The notes beneath the pieces are model-generated. The model was not told where the DNA came from, made no database searches, and saw only the letters and a list, made by a program, of their open reading frames with translations. Position numbers and translations under genes: made by a program. DNA of 64,000 nt from Escherichia coli. GTDB lineage: Bacteria > Pseudomonadota > Gammaproteobacteria > Enterobacterales > Enterobacteriaceae. Shown here one piece after another: positions 57,510-64,000 of this stretch. Within the stretch, counting starts at the first letter, position 1; the number at the start of each line of letters is the position of its first letter. Where the stretch lies: assembly GCF_017348835.2 (NCBI RefSeq), contig NZ_CP071375.1; one strand, 5' to 3'.

Positions 57510-57566
57510 AACAATTCCGTCCAGGAATAAAGCAGGGGGGCTACCCCTGCTGGTACATCAGAGAGA

Positions 57567-58154
57567 TTAACTGGTCCAGGTCGCGTCGAACTGTACGCTA
57601 ACGTCGCCGCTCCAGATGCCTTCCGGTAGAGTGCTGTAATCGGTTACTGCGGTGGTACCATTGGTGGTGCCGCTGATGATGGAGAAGGTGAAACCATCCT
57701 GTGCGGTGGTACGATTGCTGGCATTGTAACCGTTAGCCAGCGGGCTAAGGTTGCCGCCCAGTACGCCGTTGGCGGTATCGATCATCACGGTATCACCAGT
57801 TTTTTCGACTGCCGCGCCGTTATAATCCACGCCCACATTCAGTGTGGAACCTGAGGTATCCAACTGGGTTAATGTGTTGGTGATAAGACGTGAGGTCAGT
57901 TTAAAGGCGGTAGCCGTTGAGTCACCCTCGATAGCCACGTCAAATAGACCTTTCTGTGAGTTAAAACCTTTAATGCCTTCGGCATACTGGAACGCCAGGC
58001 TACCGAGTGGCGTCACAACCAGCTTACTGGTGGTGTCTTTTTTGGCTGTTGCCGACCAGGTCGCTACCGCCTGAGCTGTTACGTCAGCAGCCTGCGCCAC
58101 ACCTATACCGGTAAACACCGTTACCAGAGCTATTGCCAGAACCTTTTTTTTCAT
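57567..58154 (-). CDS. ecpA: E. coli common pilus major subunit EcpA (YagZ/MatB)
   Basis: 195 aa, [40 protein letters not shown]... Confidence 0.85.
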   Translation of the reverse strand: MKKKVLAIALVTVFTGIGVAQAADVTAQAVATWSATAKKDTTSKLVVTPLGSLAFQYAEGIKGFNSQKGLFDVAIEGDSTATAFKLTSRLITNTLTQLDTSGSTLNVGVDYNGAAVEKTGDTVMIDTANGVLGGNLSPLANGYNASNRTTAQDGFTFSIISGTTNGTTAVTDYSTLPEGIWSGDVSVQFDATWTS

Positions 58155-58228
58155 TGCTTTTCTTCCCGAGTTGAATTGAGGACATGAAGTCCCGGTGAGT
58201 CATTTTTTAAAACTAACTTGCCTGGAGT

Positions 58229-58840
<612 letters not shown>

Positions 58841-59854
58841 TTACAGGTACATTCAGTTTCTTTAGTAAATCGGAAGTAAATAAGATACGTAGCACATATC
58901 AATATAGGTTAAACGAGATTAAGTTTTAATTATTTCGATTAGGTTTAAATTTATGTTTTTTTCCTGATGAGTGTCAATATGTGAACAGAAAATGAATTCC
59001 ATGGTTAAGTCAATATTTACAAAAAATGAAAATATTGCTTTTTTGATAAGAAGAAAAAGACATTCAGTTTCATAAGGTTATTGGCAATATAACGTTCAAT
59101 TCTTACTTGCATTTTATATTAGCCAGGAACTTTGCTCTGAGGTGTTAGGAATAGTCTTAATGTGTTGTGTAATGGACTAGTAAAAAAACAAGTCTAAATG
59201 ATAAGAAATAGAATATAAAACTATCATGAGTCATAATTAAAGATGATTTGCCAATCAGCAAGGTGTTTTAATGGATTAACATGCCGCACAAAATGGTTAT
59301 GGGTGTTCATCCTAATAAGTGATGAAAAATTAAACAGGTGTAAGTACGTCATCTGTCCGGTAAGCCCCCTAAGAGCCAAATTAAGTGAAGTTAAACGAAG
59401 ACTGCCAGTTGTCACAGGAACGATGGCCTCTTTGCCAGGGCACTGCATTCAGTCATCTGTGCGCGTTACTCTGACTGGCACTCGAACGTCGGCGATGGGG
59501 TTACCGGTGGATCAGGCCGTTCCTGTGGCGTAAACGTTTTTATGTCAGTACCAACAGATTTACCACATTTATCATCTTAACAGTTTGAGTGTAAATGCAG
59601 GCTGCGTCGCAAAGGGAGGAAACTGAGTGGCGTGTTCAGTCTAAAAGAGGGTTGATGCCAGCATACATGGCGAAGCTGGTCAACAAGTCAACATTAATAT
59701 AATGGAATATTCGGAGAGAAACGTCAGGCAGTTGACCTTAAATGAACAGGAAGATACATCCCCAGGAAAATTAATGCTGGTGTAATAAATACACCAACAT
59801 TAATCCGGTCTGATTATTAATCAGACAAATATCGTTAATTCGTCGAATTTTAAA

Positions 59855-59995
59855 TCAACGTTTTTTCTTACGACCCTGAACGGCCTTAAAACGTGGATTA
59901 GATTTACAAATCACATACAGCCGTCCTTTTCGCTTCACAATCTGACAGTCTGGATGGCGTTCTTTTGCGGTACGCAGAGAGTTAAGGACTTTCAT
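59855..59995 (-). CDS. ykgO: Ribosomal protein L36 paralogue (zinc-independent)
   Basis: 46-aa product [46 protein letters not shown]; below the ORF-track size cut-off; start overlaps the ykgM stop. Confidence 0.85.
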   Translation of the reverse strand: MKVLNSLRTAKERHPDCQIVKRKGRLYVICKSNPRFKAVQGRKKKR

Positions 59996-60258
59996 CATGC
60001 CCCCTTTTTCGTGCTAACAAAACGACCAAAACGTTGGGTGAACCGTGCAACATTTCCTTCTGATGCCACTGTTCTCAGCTTCCCTGTATAGAACGGGTGC
60101 GATTTAGAAGAGACATCAATTGTCACGTATGGATACGTTACGCCATCCAGCTCAATCTCACGGTCTGTTTTGATAGTCGAGCCGATTTTAAAGTACTCAT
60201 CAACACTGGTGTCATGGAACACCACAGTACGATACTCAGGATGGATATTGGGTTTCAT
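59995..60258 (-). CDS. ykgM: Ribosomal protein L31 paralogue type B (zinc-independent)
   Basis: [60 protein letters not shown]... Confidence 0.9.
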
Positions 60259-60265
60259 CATTTTT

Positions 60266-60290
60266 ACCTGTTATGTTATAACATAACTGT
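60266..60290. promoter_or_regulatory. Putative Zur box upstream of ykgM-ykgO
   Basis: Palindrome GTTATGTTATAACATAAC immediately upstream of ykgM. Confidence 0.5.
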
Positions 60291-61195
60291 AAAGATACAT
60301 GCTCATCCGGATCATTTCAACACCCAATCCCTATGACCCTTTGTGGATGTGGAATTTCCGCAACGGGGAACTCTGGCATTGTTAACAGCCATTGGCGACG
60401 CTCCCATAAACGCCTGGATGAGTGATTGATGATAATTTCGCTGAGAGTATGGATTTTTCGAGAATGGAGGTTATCTCCACTTTACTGGCCGATGATTTAT
60501 CGCAGTATGATTGATTACCTGACAGCGTGTATTCCTCTCCCACGGATATAATAATTACTTACAAAAAGGGAGAGGATGCATATTTTAAATATCACTGAAG
60601 TGAACAGTTTATTGCCGTTATTAATAGAAGTGGAGAAATAAATAGGCGTATTCTACAATTGCGACAAAAACAACGATATTAATCAGTTTATGACTGATTT
60701 GTTGTACTTTATTCTCTTTCATTGGTACTTCCTCGCTTTAAAAAAGAGCGCACTTCGTAAGTGCCCTTATATAAATAACGAGTTTGGTCAACCAATTTTT
60801 TGACATGTATCACAAATTTGAATAGATGTATTACATCGGCTATCTTTTATTGCACCAACGTCATTGATATATGTCGCCTGAAGTCAGTTCCGGGAATGAG
60901 TCTGATCTCAAGACTGGCCCAGTCCTGGCGTTGATTGGCGCTGAGGAGCATATCGCATCTCATCATAATGTCGTATCTCCTGGGGTGTTATACAAGATAT
61001 CGTTGTTGGTAACCTGGGCGAGGAATTGAGCTCTATTAAACCGTCAACTATGCCGGATACATACTGGATTACACTGCAGGCACGCCTTATGAGAGAACGT
61101 GCCGCAGTGACGGGTTAATTATCTGAAAGAATTTGTGAGGCTGTATCGGTTACTCATTGATTTGATAGTTTTACTCTCGGGAGAGTAATAGATAT

Positions 61196-62338
61196 TTAAT
61201 CCATTAACGGAAACCAGCCAGTTCCTTTCGATGCCTGAATTTGATCCCATAGTTTATCCGGAATGGTTAATTCAGGAACAAGTTGTGGATTAAGGGTTGT
61301 TTGAATTTCATGGCCTCTACCTGATTCAGCTAAAGTCACCCATTCTGGATTTATCACCAGCCCTTTACCGATCGCAACAAGTGGCAGGCCAGTGGAAATT
61401 GCTTCTTGTGCCTGAGACGGTGTGCGTATTTTACCTGCAGCGATTACCGGCACTCTGCCTGCAATATGATTTAAAATCAATTCAATAGTTCGGGGGCCAT
61501 TTGGCGACTCAACAGGGTAGCTATCGTTAATACTGACCAGCGAGGTATGTATATACGAAATACCGGATGAAATGAGCCGATCAAGGAGTTTATAAGTATC
61601 CTCTATCCGCAGCCCCCCTGTTGCAGATTCTTCAGGAGATATTCTGTAACCGATGGCAAAGGGCTTTGTCGCATATTCATAGACTACATTTTTTACTTCC
61701 TGTAATACGGCCAGCGGGAAGCGCATACGTCCTTCGAGATCTCCTCCCCATCGGTCATTACGCTGGTTAAATAGAGGGGAGAAGAAATTCTGTAGAAGGA
61801 ATCCGTGCGCACCATGAAGTTCAATGCCATCAAAACCTGCTTTAATCGCCCTTTTTGTGACATCTCCGAATGCTCTAATGGTTTCCTGAATTTCGTTTTC
61901 AGTCATTTCCCTGCTTTGTACCACTCTCTTCATAAAGTCACCAGATTTTACGCTTGATGCGCTGGCACTAATAACATCGTTATTTGGTACAAGCTCCGGG
62001 ATGGCTTTATTACCGGCGTGGAAAATCTGCAAAATAGCCGGAGCACCGCCACTTTTGGCTGCCGCTGCTAACTTTTCAAGGCTGTTAATGAAACGGTCGT
62101 CATACGCGGCAAATTCATGAGTAAACCCAATGCCGCTTGGCGTGACATAGGTACATCCTGTTATTACTAAACCAACATTTTGTGAGCGACGTTTATAAAA
62201 TTCGAGTTCTTGCTCAGAGATGGTTCCATCAGGATTCGCTGACCAGGTCGTCATAGGAGCCATAACGATACGATTACGTAGCTTTATTTTTTCTGTCAGC
62301 ATAAAAGGAGAAAACAATGATGGGTGTTTATTTGTCAT
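61196..62338 (-). CDS. Old Yellow Enzyme-family NADH:flavin oxidoreductase
   Basis: 380 aa; TIM-barrel OYE motifs (MAPMTTW...; HGAHGFLLQNFFSPLFNQRNDRWGG). Confidence 0.7.
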   Translation of the reverse strand: MTNKHPSLFSPFMLTEKIKLRNRIVMAPMTTWSANPDGTISEQELEFYKRRSQNVGLVITGCTYVTPSGIGFTHEFAAYDDRFINSLEKLAAAAKSGGAPAILQIFHAGNKAIPELVPNNDVISASASSVKSGDFMKRVVQSREMTENEIQETIRAFGDVTKRAIKAGFDGIELHGAHGFLLQNFFSPLFNQRNDRWGGDLEGRMRFPLAVLQEVKNVVYEYATKPFAIGYRISPEESATGGLRIEDTYKLLDRLISSGISYIHTSLVSINDSYPVESPNGPRTIELILNHIAGRVPVIAAGKIRTPSQAQEAISTGLPLVAIGKGLVINPEWVTLAESGRGHEIQTTLNPQLVPELTIPDKLWDQIQASKGTGWFPLMD

Positions 62339-62582
62339 AACAATACCTCAAATGTTTATCTGATTTTGATGCGTATGTTTTAACTGGTTAGTTGTTGCCA
62401 GCTTTGGAATCAAGATTTCTGGCTTTATTTATAATCCCTTCAAAGGGTTTCTAATAATCTTAATAATTGAGTTGCTGCTTTTTTGTTTCTTTAATGAAAT
62501 TTCTTTTTGAGTAATTTTATTATTGTTGTGTAGTCAATAAAGGATAAATATAAGGGAGATAAGGAATCTCCCTGTAAAATTA

Positions 62583-63503
62583 TTACAAATGTGTTTTATA
62601 AAAAGGAATTAATTTATCGAGTGCCTGTTTCACAGGTTCTGGCTTATCATACAGGTCGTAATGTGAATAACCTTCAACCACGACCAGCTCTTTATGTTTT
62701 GAGGCAGCGCGGCCAATAATTTCGCAGCCGTCACGGTAGGCACCAAATGCGCCCACTCTATCGCCCACCACAACCATTATTGGTTGAGTTAACAGCACTT
62801 CTGCAAGATGAAATGCATCCCAACCCACGGCAACAGTCTGATGTGAGAATAGCGAACGATTTACCCCATTAGGTGCACAGCCTCGTGGCGAACGATAATA
62901 TTCTGTGGCTTCAAAAAGGTCTATTTCTGTTAATCCCGCTTCAAGAGCTGCATCCGGAGAAGAGGGGAGTAAATCATCTACGCGAAGTTTTGCGCCGTTA
63001 GCTTCGTCTGTTCTTTGTTGCGCCATTGCTTCGAGTGCTCCGATAGGATTAAACGCTGTAAATCCCTCACGCATAAGACGCCCGTAGTTTGCACCCGTGA
63101 CAGTACCAATAGCTTTAATTCGACGTTCTGTCATTGCGGCATTAATGGCATATCCACCTCCACCACAAATACCCAGTACACCAATACGCCCGGCATCAAC
63201 GTAAGGTAAGCTGGTAAGGTAATCAACGACAATGCTGAAGTCTTTTACTCGCATTGTTGGATCTTCCAGATAACGCGGTTCCCCACCGCTGCTTCCCTGA
63301 AAACTGGCATCAAAAGCAATGACGATAAAGCCAGCTTTTGCCAGGGCGGCACCATACACACTACCCGATGTCTGTTCTTTGCAGCTTCCAATTGGATGGG
63401 CGCTGATAATGGCAGGATACTTTTTTTCACTATTAAAATCGTCAGGGAAATAGATATCAGCAGCTATATCCCAGTAAGTGTGTTTTATCGAAACAGTTTT
63501 CAT
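62583..63503 (-). CDS. Alpha/beta-hydrolase-fold protein (dienelactone-hydrolase-like)
   Basis: 306 aa; nucleophile-elbow-like GICGGGGYAI. Confidence 0.55.
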   Translation of the reverse strand: MKTVSIKHTYWDIAADIYFPDDFNSEKKYPAIISAHPIGSCKEQTSGSVYGAALAKAGFIVIAFDASFQGSSGGEPRYLEDPTMRVKDFSIVVDYLTSLPYVDAGRIGVLGICGGGGYAINAAMTERRIKAIGTVTGANYGRLMREGFTAFNPIGALEAMAQQRTDEANGAKLRVDDLLPSSPDAALEAGLTEIDLFEATEYYRSPRGCAPNGVNRSLFSHQTVAVGWDAFHLAEVLLTQPIMVVVGDRVGAFGAYRDGCEIIGRAASKHKELVVVEGYSHYDLYDKPEPVKQALDKLIPFYKTHL

Positions 63504-63659
63504 TTCAAGCTCCGGGGATTTGCCTAAACAGATTTAAATATCATTTCTATTATCCGCAACTGGCATTCGTGTTCATATCGAGAACGGCGTAATAGTATGA
63601 CTTGTATTGGTTATCATCAATGGTCTAATATCTATCACAGTGTTAAGTTAAGGTTTACA

Positions 63660-64000
63660 ATGATGAAAATAGAGCCTTCAATTTTGCCTTCTCTTGCCTG
63701 GTTTGCGCTTATTGTTCGTGCCGGCAGTTTTTCCAGAGCCGCTTCTGAAATGGGTATTACGCGGGCCGCATTGTCCCAGAATTTAAAATCTCTTGAGGAA
63801 CGTCTTAACACCAAGCTGATATACCGTACGACCCGCAATATGTCGCTTACTGAGGAAGGACAGCGTCTGTATGAAGTGCTGGTGTCGGCTTTGGGGCAAA
63901 TTGATGATGCTTTGAAAGATGTTGGTGATACCCAACTTGAACCTACAGGCCTGTTGAGAATAAATTCCTCCCGTGTTGCAGCACGGATGCTTGTTGAGCC
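63660..64000 (+). CDS. LysR-family transcriptional regulator, N-terminal part (runs off the window end)
   Basis: N-terminal HTH FSRAASEMGITRAALSQNLKSLEERLNTKLIYRTTRNMSLTEEG; divergent from the hydrolase gene. Confidence 0.7.
   Translation, partial: MMKIEPSILPSLAWFALIVRAGSFSRAASEMGITRAALSQNLKSLEERLNTKLIYRTTRNMSLTEEGQRLYEVLVSALGQIDDALKDVGDTQLEPTGLLRINSSRVAARMLVE

Overview
This 64-kb window reads as Escherichia coli chromosome from the aspV/yafV region through thrW to ykgM, with a conserved backbone interrupted by several accessory blocks. All calls are from reading the ORF translations and the DNA by eye; no database search was run. Backbone genes, in order: yafV, ivy, fadE, gmhA, yafJ, yafK, yafQ-dinJ, yafL, lfhA/lafU remnants, dinB, yafP, ykfJ/prfH remnants, pepD, gpt, frsA, crl, phoE, proB, proA, thrW, then paoCBA, yagU, ykgJ, ecpEDCBAR, ykgO-ykgM. 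Accessory content: (1) at the left end, a T6SS-associated toxin/immunity locus: a partial tssF, then a gene whose VgrG N-terminal domain is fused in frame to the last ~130 residues of an Rhs core plus a C-terminal toxin tip, followed by three N-terminally truncated orphan rhs fragments. Each of the four has a different AT-rich toxin tip and a tightly linked putative immunity gene, and two convergent SymE-like genes sit behind the last two cassettes, one cut exactly at an rhs fragment boundary. (2) A HicA/HicB-like pair between yafL and lfhA. (3) Two inverted 1310-bp IS629-like elements: one is a simple insertion in prfH with a 3-bp GAT duplication; the other has no duplication, truncates paoC and bounds a prophage remnant. 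(4) A thrW-integrated mosaic prophage remnant: P22-type int/xis and YfdPQRST-like early genes joined directly to a 5'-truncated lambda-like J, then lom, stf, tfa. (5) A non-K-12-looking trio at the right end (Old Yellow Enzyme reductase, alpha/beta hydrolase, partial LysR regulator). The most unusual signal is the vgrG-rhs fusion and the modular toxin/immunity/SymE-like array. None of the four toxin domains or their immunity partners could be assigned to a characterised family by eye.
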